A stretch of 64,000 nucleotides of DNA, from contig CAVWBU010000032.1 of the NCBI GenBank assembly GCA_963753345.1, positions 64,001 to 128,000 on the forward strand, read 5' to 3'. Numbering within the stretch: the stretch's first letter is position 1; each line of letters starts with the position of its first letter. Both the position numbers and the translations under genes were made by a program. This document shows positions 19,909 to 29,891 of the stretch, piece after piece. Under the pieces are notes generated by a model. The model ran no database searches. It saw only the letters and a program-made list of their open reading frames with translations, and was not told the DNA's origin. Origin of the DNA: an uncultured Fibrobacterota bacterium (GTDB lineage: Bacteria > Fibrobacterota > Chitinivibrionia > Chitinivibrionales > FEN-1185).

Positions 19909-20784
19909 TCAATACGATATGGTATCCTTGAACCGCCGATGGAACCATCCGAAATAGTGCTCCGGGTACTGCTTGATCCACCGGGACAGTACGTCGTTAT
20001 GCGACGTCTGGACCGCGGCGATGAATTCGTCCTTGTTGTCGCGGGAGACTTTGATTGCGGGCGCCGCTTCAATGGCGATGTCGTACGATCCGTCAGGCTT
20101 CAGCAGCGCAAAGGGAAGCACGATGCCGCAGTCTGTTTTGTGAAGCAGTCCGGCAACGGTGCGCACCGTGTTCGCTGGTTTTCCAAGAAAAAGCACGGAC
20201 GTGCCCTGGTCGGCCGCGTACTGGTCGATGAGCATGGCGATGATGCCGTTGCGGGCAAGAACGGTAAGCATTTTGCGCAGCGCGCCCGAGGCATAAATGG
20301 GCGTCACCCTGGCCTTCTTCCTTTTTGCCAGCAGCCATTTCTCGACCCTAGGGTTGTGCATGGGCCGGGCAAGAACGTTGAGGTCGGAAAAATGCGAGCC
20401 GAAGATGGCGGCGAGCAGCTCCCAGTTGCCGAAATGCGCCAGCACGGCGATCATTCCCTTGCCCCTCGCAAGGGCCTTGTCGACCTCGTCCAGATTGTTT
20501 ACGGTGCAGGGGGGGGGCCTCCGACGTCCGGCCCGAAGAAAATCGGAACCGTACCTGCCGATGTTTGCGTACAGGGCACGGAGGGTTTTCCGACGTTCCT
20601 CTCCGTCAAGCATGCCGACGTGGTCGAAGTTCCTCTCAACCACCTTCCGGTAGACGCCCGCATAAAAAAGCAGCATCCCCACCGCCGCCCCTGCGGCCAG
20701 CGCACACCGGCGCGGCACGGCGCACACGATAAATTCAACGGCGCGCAGGCCGCAATATTCAAGAACATGGGAAAGGAATTTCAT
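19909..20784 (-). CDS. lipid A late acyltransferase (LpxL/HtrB family)
   Basis: AHFGNWE, LIDQ, PEHYFGWFHRRFK. Confidence 0.9.
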   Translation of the reverse strand: MKFLSHVLEYCGLRAVEFIVCAVPRRCALAAGAAVGMLLFYAGVYRKVVERNFDHVGMLDGEERRKTLRALYANIGRYGSDFLRAGRRRPPPCTVNNLDEVDKALARGKGMIAVLAHFGNWELLAAIFGSHFSDLNVLARPMHNPRVEKWLLAKRKKARVTPIYASGALRKMLTVLARNGIIAMLIDQYAADQGTSVLFLGKPANTVRTVAGLLHKTDCGIVLPFALLKPDGSYDIAIEAAPAIKVSRDNKDEFIAAVQTSHNDVLSRWIKQYPEHYFGWFHRRFKDTISY

Positions 20785-20878
20785 GGCGCTGCACGTTTGG
20801 GATACGGCGCGGTTGACGCACGCGCCGTAGGGACGAGCGAGGAAGAACCCCTGACTGGCATGGAAGGGCACCGCACGA

Positions 20879-21184
20879 TTATTCGTCCTTCCCGCGTTTT
20901 CTCAGCCACGCAAAGAGACCTCCGGAAAAGCCCCCTATGCCGATCATGAACCCGAAATCGTACCACCTGCCCGCGTTGGGATACGCGTAAATCCTGATAT
21001 GGTCGGAAAACAGGCTTATAAAGAACGTGACCGGGGCGAAAAATCCCTGCCACAAACCTTTCCAGAATCCGGGGCCTGTCTTTGCAAGAGGGATGAGGTG
21101 CGGCTGCGTTGCGGCGCAGGAAACAAGGAGCATGGCAGCCAGCAGCAGGAGAACGCAGACAAGCACACGACGGGAATGAGCCAT
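20879..21184 (-). CDS. small membrane (lipo)protein
   Basis: LLVSC lipobox-like motif; GFWKGLWQG..IY..PN.G.WYDFGF. Confidence 0.75.
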   Translation of the reverse strand: MAHSRRVLVCVLLLLAAMLLVSCAATQPHLIPLAKTGPGFWKGLWQGFFAPVTFFISLFSDHIRIYAYPNAGRWYDFGFMIGIGGFSGGLFAWLRKRGKDE

Positions 21185-21412
21185 GAGGTTCCTTTCATTG
21201 GGGCGCGGCGTTGGCAAATCCTCCTGAACAAATTACGTAATTCGGTGCGGAAAAACAAGTTTGCCGCCCGGCGGGAACAGGCGAACCATCGAACTGCCGG
21301 CGGCACGCGGTTTGTGACGGCCGGAATTGCAGATTGCGGAAAAACAAACGGCGCCGGCGAATGCCGCCGGCGCCATGTGCAAACAGTCCGAAGTGTATTC
21401 CGCTCTCCTGCG

Positions 21413-21916
21413 TTACTTTTTTCCTGTGGTTCTCTTCCCGGCATTCTTTTGCTTCTTGGAGGAGGCGGCTATCTCCGCCACGCGCCTGGCCGCCTCGCGC
21501 TTTCCGATTCCCCGCAGGGCTAGGAGCTTGACGAGGGTGGAACCGCGCAGCCTCAGGCGACCGCCCTTGCGTTCCATAACGTAAACCGACTGGCCCGATA
21601 CGCCGAGCAGCGCGGCAAGCGAGTCCTGGGAAAGCCCGAGATTCTTCCTGAGCGCCCGCACCGTCTTCGATGTCACGCGGATTTTTGCATCGGCTCCCTG
21701 GGCGACCGCGGATCCGGTTGTTTTCTCCAGAAGCGCGTTCTGAGCGGCAGCGAGACGCTTGTTTTCCGCTTCGAGAGCCGCCACTCTTTTCTTGAGGGAA
21801 GCGGCGGTCCGTTTGAGGATGTAACTGGCGCTCCGCAGCGGGGTGACGGACGCCCGCACTTCCTTGCGGCTTATCCGGCCGATCTCCGCTTTCAGAATCT
21901 GGGACAGATTAGGCAT
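21413..21916 (-). CDS. coiled-coil plus XRE-type HTH DNA-binding protein
   Basis: MPNL..ILKAEI.RISRKE; LRKNLGLSQ..LAALLGVSGQSVY..E. Confidence 0.85.
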   Translation of the reverse strand: MPNLSQILKAEIGRISRKEVRASVTPLRSASYILKRTAASLKKRVAALEAENKRLAAAQNALLEKTTGSAVAQGADAKIRVTSKTVRALRKNLGLSQDSLAALLGVSGQSVYVMERKGGRLRLRGSTLVKLLALRGIGKREAARRVAEIAASSKKQKNAGKRTTGKK

Positions 21917-21950
21917 GAAACGGTCCTTTCTTTTGATGAAAAATCGACTC

Positions 21951-22007
21951 TGTCAAACATGACACTGCAAACACATCCAAAATACAAGTTAGCTTGAATT
22001 TCGTCAA
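21951..22007 (-). promoter_or_regulatory. sigma70-like promoter and palindromic operator candidate for the HTH gene
   Basis: minus strand TTGACG-N17-TATTTT; TGTCA-N4-TGACA palindrome at 21951-21964. Confidence 0.45.
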
Positions 22008-22089
22008 GGAGAATAACGAAATTGCGTTGAAGGAGCGTGCGGCCCCTAACTGGAGTTTTGACGCGAGCCTCGTAGAATTCCGCGGGTTT

Positions 22090-23382
22090 CTACTTGTTGA
22101 TGACCGCGGAATTCGGCGCTGGCAGTCTGAGCGCAAGGACATTGTCGATTGTCGCGCGCGAAACCTGGGCCGGAAGGCCGGGCAGCAATGAAGCAACGCT
22201 CGCCGGAACGTTCGCCGGATGGATGAGCGCGAGCTGGACCTGACGAGTCTTCACGTCGAGCAGGATCACGAAGAGGCGGTAGCCGGTTTCGGGCCGCCTG
22301 AAGGCCGCGCCCGGGCCCTTGGTGGGCGACGAGGTCGCTCCTGTGGATGCTTCAAGGCTCGTGGACTTGTTGACAAGATCGACTTTTGGATCGAGGCCCG
22401 AGACTTTGCAGGCCTGACCGCACGGACCTTCGCCCACGTACCCGGCATACCCGAAGAAATTGGTGGAAAAAACGTCGAAGTTCTGCGAGGAGTTGTTGTC
22501 GTTGACAACCTCGAAAACGTTGAACTGGCCGCAGCCGTCGGCAAGCCACCACTGCGTCGGGTCTTTCGCGTAGCACTGGCACGACCCGAACGCGCCCGAG
22601 CGCACCATTTCGCCGTGGGACAGACCGATCCACGGCGCGTCGTACCAGCCGTTGGTGGTGTCGTTGCCGCAGTTTTGTGCGGCGGGTATGCCGCTGGCCG
22701 AAAGCCGGGGCATGTAGGCCTGAAGGATTATCATCTTCGAACCGATCCATCCCCAGTACTGGGTGTCGCTTGTCGGAGGGCAATAGGGCATGCTTCCGGT
22801 GCCCGTGGCGAATTTCCTGTTTGTCGAGACATTGACGAGGCAGGTGTTGCCCACGATGCCCTGGAAACCGGCGGTTTCGGTGTTGTTGCCTTTGAAGGCG
22901 ATTCCGGTCATCACCGTCGGGCTCGCGTTGTCCCACATCGATACGCGGCTCCATTGCGTCACGTTCGTGGAATCGGGCTGATAGGCCGCGATCTGCTTGA
23001 CGATCATGGGACCGCGCAGCGTCATGATGAGGTCTTCGTCCCACGGCGTAAGGCTGTCGCTCGTGATAACGTACTTTGCCATGCAGCAGGTGCCGCTGCT
23101 CTCGGCGTCGCACGGGCCCACGGCCGGGTCCCTGCGGCTGGGAAACCAGCCCGGCGCGCCGATGTTCTGGAAGGTGATGGTGCCGCCGTCCGATGTCGCG
23201 TCAAGAGCGGTCTTGTCGAATGTGACGCCGGTCGCGTTTGCACTGCCGGGATTCTGCGGGACTGCGGGGCCGAGATTCGGTTCCGGCGTGTTCATGCCTT
23301 CCGAATCGTTGCAGCCGGGGAGCGTCGTGATCAAGGCCGCGAATACGGCACCGCAAATAACGGTTCTCAGGGCATTTTTCAT
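22090..23382 (-). CDS. lipoprotein of the fungal TOS1/PGA52-like (DUF2403/DUF2401) family
   Basis: lipobox TLPGC; LTPWDEDL...LRGPM.VKQIAAY; DAPWI..CQCY..GCGQFNVFEV. Confidence 0.7.
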   Translation of the reverse strand: MKNALRTVICGAVFAALITTLPGCNDSEGMNTPEPNLGPAVPQNPGSANATGVTFDKTALDATSDGGTITFQNIGAPGWFPSRRDPAVGPCDAESSGTCCMAKYVITSDSLTPWDEDLIMTLRGPMIVKQIAAYQPDSTNVTQWSRVSMWDNASPTVMTGIAFKGNNTETAGFQGIVGNTCLVNVSTNRKFATGTGSMPYCPPTSDTQYWGWIGSKMIILQAYMPRLSASGIPAAQNCGNDTTNGWYDAPWIGLSHGEMVRSGAFGSCQCYAKDPTQWWLADGCGQFNVFEVVNDNNSSQNFDVFSTNFFGYAGYVGEGPCGQACKVSGLDPKVDLVNKSTSLEASTGATSSPTKGPGAAFRRPETGYRLFVILLDVKTRQVQLALIHPANVPASVASLLPGLPAQVSRATIDNVLALRLPAPNSAVINK

Positions 23383-23500
23383 AGGGTTGCTCCTTTGTGG
23401 TGGACGGCGTAATGGGAACGGATCCTTAGGGGCCTTGCAGTAATAATAATGAGAAACAGGCCGGAATGAGGAAGACAGGCCGGAATGCAGGAAGAATTCA

Positions 23501-25354
23501 TCATCCTTTCTGCATTTTCTTGGCCATCCGCTGCAGCTCCGAAACCGCTTTCCTGTTGTATTCGTGGTCGGGATTGTTGCGGAGCGCGTTGCGGAGCTGC
23601 CACCATGCGTCAAGCGCATCCTTATAGGTTTGTTCGGTGGGATTCGCATCGAATTGCGCCGTGAGGCAGAGTGCCGTATAATAGGAAACTTCCTGCCGCA
23701 GAACATCGTAATCGATAAAAGCGTGCGGAACGGTAAGGCTCTGGGCAAGGAGACGCCTGCATTCGGCGTAGTTCTGGTTGCGAAACGCGAATTTAGCCTT
23801 TTCAAGAATGAACTCGCCGTCGTTGACGCTGTTGCTCTCAAGCATCTGGGCGAGCCGTCCAAGGTTTCCGGTTGCCTCGAATACCCGCATCCTGAGAATG
23901 AGCGGCTTGGGCGTGTGCGCGACGTCCTTGGGAAGGAGATCGTACAGGGATAGCACGTTCTGATAGTTCCTTGCCGCAAGCTCCTTTTCCATTATGACAA
24001 GGTTGTCATCGGTGCCGTATTTTTCCCGGAGCGACGAAAAAAGTGAGGCTGGTTGCGCCGTTTCGCGGCTGGAAAGACTTGCGGCCGGGGCAGGAGACGG
24101 CTGCTTGCCCGGCGAAGCCACCCTTGTCCTGGCGGCGGCGGTCTGATGCGGCTCAGGCGCGGCCGCTTCCGAAGGCGCGGGCTTTGCCGCCTCCGTCTGC
24201 ACGGGCGGGGCCGGTACGGCAGGGCGCGGAGCGACGGCTTGGGATGCGGGTATTGACATAAGGGAATATTGGGCCAGCGGCCACACAAGCACATACATCC
24301 CTGCTGTCGCCGCCGCAGCAAGGCACACGGCGGCCACCGCCTTGAGCGGGAAGCGGCGCCGCGTGGCCAGGACGGTCTTTGTGCCCTTGCCCGCCGTGAA
24401 CGCGGCCATGATCTGTTCCGGGCTCCTGTTGGTGAACAGCGCATGGATCTTGTGCAGCTCATCGAGCAGGGCCGCCGCCGAGGGCTCGCGTTTGTCGGGC
24501 GCCTGCTCCATGCATTTGTAAATGAGACGCCGCAGCCTCGGCGGCAGTTTGATGTGAAATTCCTCCAGCGGCTTGAATTTGTTCCTTGACTTGTCGGCGA
24601 TAAGCTTTGGCAAATTTGTTTGCGGGAACGCCACCACGCCCGTCACGATCTCGTACATGGTGACGCCCAGCGCGTAGATGTCGGTGGTGACGTCGAGCTT
24701 TTGCTTTTCGAGCTGTTCCGGCGCGAGGTATTGCAGCGTACCCGCCACGAGGCCGTCCATGGTGTGAAACGAAACGTCGGCGGGCCGCGCGATGCCGAAG
24801 TCCATGAGCTTCACGATGCCGCTGGAACAGATCATGATGTTGGCGGGCTTGAGGTCCCGGTGGATCACGCCGTGGTAGTTCTTTCCGTAGATGGAACAGT
24901 CCTGGTTGTGCGCGTAGTTGAGCGCGCGGCAGATCATGATGCAAATGGCGGTGCACACCACGGGCGGCAGCGCACCACGCTCGGCAATGAGAGCGTCGAG
25001 GCCCACGCCTTCCAGCTTTTCCATCTCGATGTAAGGGAGGCCGTTCCATTCGCCGACCCCGTGGATTTCCACGATGTTCGGGTGGGAAAGCTTGGCGGTG
25101 ATTTTTATTTCGGTCTGGAAACGCTGCCGTGTGGATTCCGAGGATCCCGGGTTGATCAGCTTGACGGCACGGTACATTTCGAGCTGGGAATTCCAGATTT
25201 CGTACACCGCGGCCATGCCGCCCTGGCCGAGAAGCTTGGTGATGACGCCCGAGCCGAGCGGAATCCGCTCTTTTCCGTCCGGAAGCGCGACCGGCGAAGG
25301 CGTGTTGGAGAGTGCAACGTTTCTTACGATTATCTTGTCGTTTGCGTCGTCCAT
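23501..25354 (-). CDS. Hanks-type Ser/Thr protein kinase with TM helix and TPR-like C-terminal domain
   Basis: LGQGGMAAVY, AVK, IHRDLKPAN, DFG, YLAPE, DIYALG. Confidence 0.95.
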   Translation of the reverse strand: MDDANDKIIVRNVALSNTPSPVALPDGKERIPLGSGVITKLLGQGGMAAVYEIWNSQLEMYRAVKLINPGSSESTRQRFQTEIKITAKLSHPNIVEIHGVGEWNGLPYIEMEKLEGVGLDALIAERGALPPVVCTAICIMICRALNYAHNQDCSIYGKNYHGVIHRDLKPANIMICSSGIVKLMDFGIARPADVSFHTMDGLVAGTLQYLAPEQLEKQKLDVTTDIYALGVTMYEIVTGVVAFPQTNLPKLIADKSRNKFKPLEEFHIKLPPRLRRLIYKCMEQAPDKREPSAAALLDELHKIHALFTNRSPEQIMAAFTAGKGTKTVLATRRRFPLKAVAAVCLAAAATAGMYVLVWPLAQYSLMSIPASQAVAPRPAVPAPPVQTEAAKPAPSEAAAPEPHQTAAARTRVASPGKQPSPAPAASLSSRETAQPASLFSSLREKYGTDDNLVIMEKELAARNYQNVLSLYDLLPKDVAHTPKPLILRMRVFEATGNLGRLAQMLESNSVNDGEFILEKAKFAFRNQNYAECRRLLAQSLTVPHAFIDYDVLRQEVSYYTALCLTAQFDANPTEQTYKDALDAWWQLRNALRNNPDHEYNRKAVSELQRMAKKMQKG

Positions 25355-25558
25355 ATAACGGTTCGGTTGAGGGACTGGGTTTGGGGCGGGAACCAGTTAT
25401 TGACCCTGCATTTTTCCACAATTGCCAACATATTGTAATTATACCCTTTCTCCCGTTCACTTGCCCATAAGTTTTGCCCGCCGCAGGCGAAGAGGTTCGT
25501 TGTTGCCTGAATGCGGGTGCAAAACAACGGTGCGCATGGAGCGCGCGAACAGCGGTTT

Positions 25559-28132
25559 TCACTTGACGACGAGGAAACCGACGGAACAAACGCGCGCTCC
25601 TGTGCGGAATTCAGCGAGATACTTGCCCGGTCCGCGGCAATTGCCGTCCCACAGGATTTCATTCGCGGTTGCGGCGACCGACCGCCTGAAGACGCACTGA
25701 CCTCTCATGTTGTAAATTGAGAATGAGCCCGCGGCGCCGGTTCCCGGTTGTGAAGGAGCGCGATTCTGCGGCAGGGAGAACCGAATGATGCCTTGGGCCG
25801 ATGCACGTCGACAAAGTAGAGCATCCGGCGGAAGGCCGCGGTTCCGGCAGGGGACCGCAACCGGGCTCGGAAGCGGCCGGGGAAGTCGGTCGGCGAACGG
25901 GTACTCGCAGAACGCCACGAGGTCCTGCCGCTGCTGAACGGAGAATCCGAGCACCGCATTGTTCGCTTTTTCCGCTTCGCCGCCGTGCCACAGGATCGCC
26001 TCAAGAATGCTTCGCGCGCGGCCGTCGTGAAGATAATTGCTTCTGCCGGTCCCGTCGGCGACGTAGCCGAGTCCCCACAGCGGCGCGGTCCGCCACTCCG
26101 ACCCGAGCGCGCTGTCGCTGCCGTAGGCGTCCGCGAGGCCGGGCCCCATGTCGTGGAGCAGAAGGTCGGTAAAGGGCTGGATTTCCAGGTTGTCAAGCTC
26201 GGCGAACCGGTTTCCGACGCCCGTCCGCATCGCGGGGACATGGCATTTGCCGCACCCCGAGGTTCCGAACAGCGCCTTGCCGCGGATGGCCGCGGAATCC
26301 CGCCAGTTTTTTCTTTGGGGAGGCGCAAGCAGCGCGGCATAGGAAAGCAGCGCCGAAAGCCCGCTGTCCGGCAATTCGACGGCAATGCCGCCGCCGCTGT
26401 CAACCGGGAAATAGCGGTTGGTGAGGCCGAGACAGCGGTTGGCGCAATAGGCGATTTGTCCCACAAGGCTCGGCATCGACGCCTTGTATCCGAACCTGCC
26501 AAGGTGCTGCGTGCCGTCAACGGGGTCCACGGCGAAAAACGGCCTCCCGGAAATGCCGTCGCCGTCCCTGTCGTCCGGATCCGCGCGGCTCAGGATGGCG
26601 CTGTCGGGGATGGCGGCAAGAAGCCCGGTGCCGCACAAAAAGGGACTTATCCGGTAGGAGTACACCGCGCCGCTCCCGAGGGGGCCGTGCGAAAGATTGA
26701 CAAAATTGACAAGCGGTTTCCGCAGCTCGTAGGATTCGCCGCTGGCGAACGTGCCCGTAACAAACGTGTACGAAACCTGCACGTTCCCGTCCGGCGCCAT
26801 CCCGCCCGTCGCTTTGCAGCGGAGCATGTCGCCGTACACGGGGTGCGGTGAAAGCATGCCGGCCGACGTTACGCCAAGGAATACGATCGCGTCAAGCGAA
26901 TCGCCCGCGCTGTCCGGCGGGTGTCCGGGCCCCGCCTCCCGGTGGCATTCGTAGCAGCTCTCCTGCAGGTACCGGGGCCCCAGCGCGCCCGAAACAACAA
27001 AGGGGCTCCGTTCGTTTGCAGGCGTGGTGACACCGCCGTTGCAGACCGGGAGGGGTCCCGCATTCCGAAGCATCGACGTGCTCCAGTCGGTGCAGAAGAA
27101 AGTCCTTCCTGTCAAGAAATCGAGGGACCTGCCGGGTGCGGCATCCACGACCTGCTGGCCGAACCCGAACGCCGGCTCGGTCACCACGCTCACCGACGCG
27201 GCGCCTGCGGCATTGGCCCACGGGTGCTGGTACTGCTGACCGAGCCGTCCGTCACCGACATAGTACCGGTGAACGGCCGACGTCTGCACCGTTCCCGAAG
27301 GCGCCTCGGTGAGAGAAAGTTCGAAATCGACCAGTTCGCCGGTGGCGACCGAGGCTATGGTTGCGGTGTACCAGGGGACCGCGCCGTACGGGGATCCCTG
27401 CGGGAATGCCGGCCCTGGCCCTGTGTGCTGCGAAACAAGAAGATTGGTGCTGCTGCCCATGTTGAGCGCGTACTCCGCCCGCTTGCACGCCGAATCGACG
27501 GGCACGTGGTTAAACGCGTGCAGTTCAAGGCTGCTGCTGTTTGCAGAAGGGAATACGGCAAGCTCGATGCTGTCTCCGTAGTCCTTGAACACGAGCGTGT
27601 ACACCGTGGCGGCATACGCTGCGCCGGGGAACCTGTCCGCCCCGAGCTCGTTTTCATGACCGTCCCGGAACCGTCCCGAGCACTGGACCAGCAGGGGATA
27701 AACGGCCTCCCCGCCAAACGCCATTCCCATCGTTTTTGTAAACCATTTCGTGTCGCTTGCGAACGTTCCGGTTCCCGTGAGCGGGACGCATTGCAGCGAA
27801 TAGTAGTAGTCGATTGCCGAAGGCGGCACGGCGGGGACAGCCGCGGAAAAACAGTCGCCGTTTCTTGTCATCGCAAGCGTCGCCGGCGGGCCGTTGTCCA
27901 TGATGTACGTGAGATTGACTCCCGCGATGGCCGCCATGTCGTCCGAGAATTTAAAAGGGAAGTATTTGAAGACCGCGCTCCCGCCGCTTTCCACCACGTC
28001 CTGGGTGAAGAAATTGATATGGACAAAATCGTAGGTGACGGCTGCCGCGCGAAAGCTGAGTGCGGCAATTGCGCAACAAACGATGGGAATTGTTCTGTTT
28101 GATCGCACGATACCCGCCGCAGCGCAAGCCAT
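25559..28132 (-). CDS. secreted di-heme oxidoreductase (DHOR/thiol oxidoreductase family) with T9SS-like tail
   Basis: two CxxCH motifs (CYECH, CGKCH); DPDDRDGDGISGR; FTDLLLHDMG; WRTAPLWG; YLHDGRARS..EAILWHGGE; tail IYNMRGQ..PGKYL. Confidence 0.88.
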   Translation of the reverse strand: MACAAAGIVRSNRTIPIVCCAIAALSFRAAAVTYDFVHINFFTQDVVESGGSAVFKYFPFKFSDDMAAIAGVNLTYIMDNGPPATLAMTRNGDCFSAAVPAVPPSAIDYYYSLQCVPLTGTGTFASDTKWFTKTMGMAFGGEAVYPLLVQCSGRFRDGHENELGADRFPGAAYAATVYTLVFKDYGDSIELAVFPSANSSSLELHAFNHVPVDSACKRAEYALNMGSSTNLLVSQHTGPGPAFPQGSPYGAVPWYTATIASVATGELVDFELSLTEAPSGTVQTSAVHRYYVGDGRLGQQYQHPWANAAGAASVSVVTEPAFGFGQQVVDAAPGRSLDFLTGRTFFCTDWSTSMLRNAGPLPVCNGGVTTPANERSPFVVSGALGPRYLQESCYECHREAGPGHPPDSAGDSLDAIVFLGVTSAGMLSPHPVYGDMLRCKATGGMAPDGNVQVSYTFVTGTFASGESYELRKPLVNFVNLSHGPLGSGAVYSYRISPFLCGTGLLAAIPDSAILSRADPDDRDGDGISGRPFFAVDPVDGTQHLGRFGYKASMPSLVGQIAYCANRCLGLTNRYFPVDSGGGIAVELPDSGLSALLSYAALLAPPQRKNWRDSAAIRGKALFGTSGCGKCHVPAMRTGVGNRFAELDNLEIQPFTDLLLHDMGPGLADAYGSDSALGSEWRTAPLWGLGYVADGTGRSNYLHDGRARSILEAILWHGGEAEKANNAVLGFSVQQRQDLVAFCEYPFADRLPRPLPSPVAVPCRNRGLPPDALLCRRASAQGIIRFSLPQNRAPSQPGTGAAGSFSIYNMRGQCVFRRSVAATANEILWDGNCRGPGKYLAEFRTGARVCSVGFLVVK

Positions 28133-28271
28133 GAAGTTTGCGCAGGAAGTGTCCCTAAAACACGGACTCGGTGAATGGAAAATAATTTGCCACGGGTGCA
28201 GAGGGCTGTGCGATGTGCGTTGAGTGTAAAAAGGAAGACAAGAAAAGGAGGTGGCGTTCCCCGCGCCTACG

Positions 28272-29891
28272 TTACTTCGCCATGGTGACGAGCAGCTGGC
28301 CGGGCCGCTGATTCTCGTACAGCAATTGTATCCAGCCGGGCGACCGCGCGGCGCGGGAAATGCTTATCTCGTCAAGGTCTCCGAACAGGTACTGGTTGTC
28401 GTATCCGAACACGATCCTGTCCCTCGGATTATCGCGGCACAGCGCGACAAGACTGTCCACGGCCAGGCCGGTTTGCGCGCCGTCCACAAAGAACGAAGCC
28501 GAACCCGACGAGGCGTTCCAGGAGAAGGCGACATGGTGCCATCCGTTAAGCGCGAGCGCCGCGGCCGACACCGCCGTCCCGCAGCCCTTGCCGCCGAACG
28601 ACAAATGCAGGCCGTTTGAGTCGCCGGGCGCGTCGCCGAAGTACAGCCTTCGGGCGCACGAATCCTGGTTCACGGCGGTGTCCTTCGAAACAATCGTGCA
28701 GCGTTCCCTGCGAAGGTTTATCCACAGCACGATGGTGAAATCGCCCGACGCCATGGTAAGTATCTGTTGACTGACGAGAATATAGTCGGCCCCGTTGAAG
28801 TTGTGGCCGGGTCCGATGAGGCCGGTCCGGTCCACCGCGCTGATGAAGTTCGCCCCGAAAGCCCTGTTGGCCGTCGCGTCCGCAAAACCGTCGGCCGTTC
28901 CAAAGGCCGTTGCCGTGTCGTCAAGGTGCCAAACGCCCGCGAAACCGAAAGCGGTGTCGAATACGGCGGGGCCGTTTGAAGCGTTTGCCACGCCGATGTT
29001 TCCCCACGACATGGTAATGAACTGCGCCGCCGAAGCGGGATACACCGTATCAACCGACACCCATACGACGGCTTGTTTGCCGGCAGGGTCCCATTGCGCA
29101 ACCTGGAAATGAAGGGGCGTGCCGTCCTGCTTTGCAAACCGGATGTCGGAACCGTCGGAACGGGCCTGGCCGAACGCAAAGGTGCTGTCGAGCCGGACAA
29201 GCAGCGGGAAATGGGTCACCATGGCCGTGACGTTCGCGCCGGTCGGAGACGTGTTGATGAGTATCTTCGCCGAATTCGACACAAAGGCGGTGTCGGACGG
29301 CGGCACGTTCACGTTACTGCCGAGTATAACCGGCGCGGCCGCACCGGTCTGTTCAAAAACAATGGAAGGTATGGCGCCACGCGGCACCGAGTCAAGGGTA
29401 ACGGATTGGACGTGCGCCGGAACATTCCGCAGGAATGTGGTGCCCGGGATGTATACCTGTCCGCCGAGAGAATCCGCGGCACCGGCGAGGCTGATGACGA
29501 CGGTCCCGGGCTTTCGCAGCGTGTCGGGGGAAACGGTGAGCGAGTCCTTCTTTGCAAGCGCGATTCCGGTGATAAGCAGGGATGTGCCGTGCGCGGGATT
29601 GATGGCTTCTATGTTGTATGACCCCGGAACTACCTTGTCGAATGCGTAAGCGCCGTTGACGTCGGTGGTGTCTCCGCGTGCGGTTTTCGCAAGCTGGTCG
29701 TGCGCAGGATTGAAGTCCGAGGGAATGAGCAGGACGCGGGTGCCGGGAGCGGGCACGCCTGCGGTGTCGGTGATAATCCCGTCTACTTTTGCGTTTTCCG
29801 AGGAACTGGTGCCGCCCGCAATCTGAGGTGTGCCGCAAAGGCACAGCAGGCCGAGGGAAAGCGCGGCCGCGGCCAGAAACAGCGCTCTCAT
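28272..29891 (-). CDS. surface protein with carboxypeptidase-regulatory-like, DUF2341 and LamG domains
   Basis: signal with Cys then AGGTSSSEN; FPLLVRL..DGSDIRF..L.F.V..WD; GVWHL; WHHVA; GDLDEISIS..RS..WI.L.YENQ. Confidence 0.85.
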   Translation of the reverse strand: MRALFLAAAALSLGLLCLCGTPQIAGGTSSSENAKVDGIITDTAGVPAPGTRVLLIPSDFNPAHDQLAKTARGDTTDVNGAYAFDKVVPGSYNIEAINPAHGTSLLITGIALAKKDSLTVSPDTLRKPGTVVISLAGAADSLGGQVYIPGTTFLRNVPAHVQSVTLDSVPRGAIPSIVFEQTGAAAPVILGSNVNVPPSDTAFVSNSAKILINTSPTGANVTAMVTHFPLLVRLDSTFAFGQARSDGSDIRFAKQDGTPLHFQVAQWDPAGKQAVVWVSVDTVYPASAAQFITMSWGNIGVANASNGPAVFDTAFGFAGVWHLDDTATAFGTADGFADATANRAFGANFISAVDRTGLIGPGHNFNGADYILVSQQILTMASGDFTIVLWINLRRERCTIVSKDTAVNQDSCARRLYFGDAPGDSNGLHLSFGGKGCGTAVSAAALALNGWHHVAFSWNASSGSASFFVDGAQTGLAVDSLVALCRDNPRDRIVFGYDNQYLFGDLDEISISRAARSPGWIQLLYENQRPGQLLVTMAK

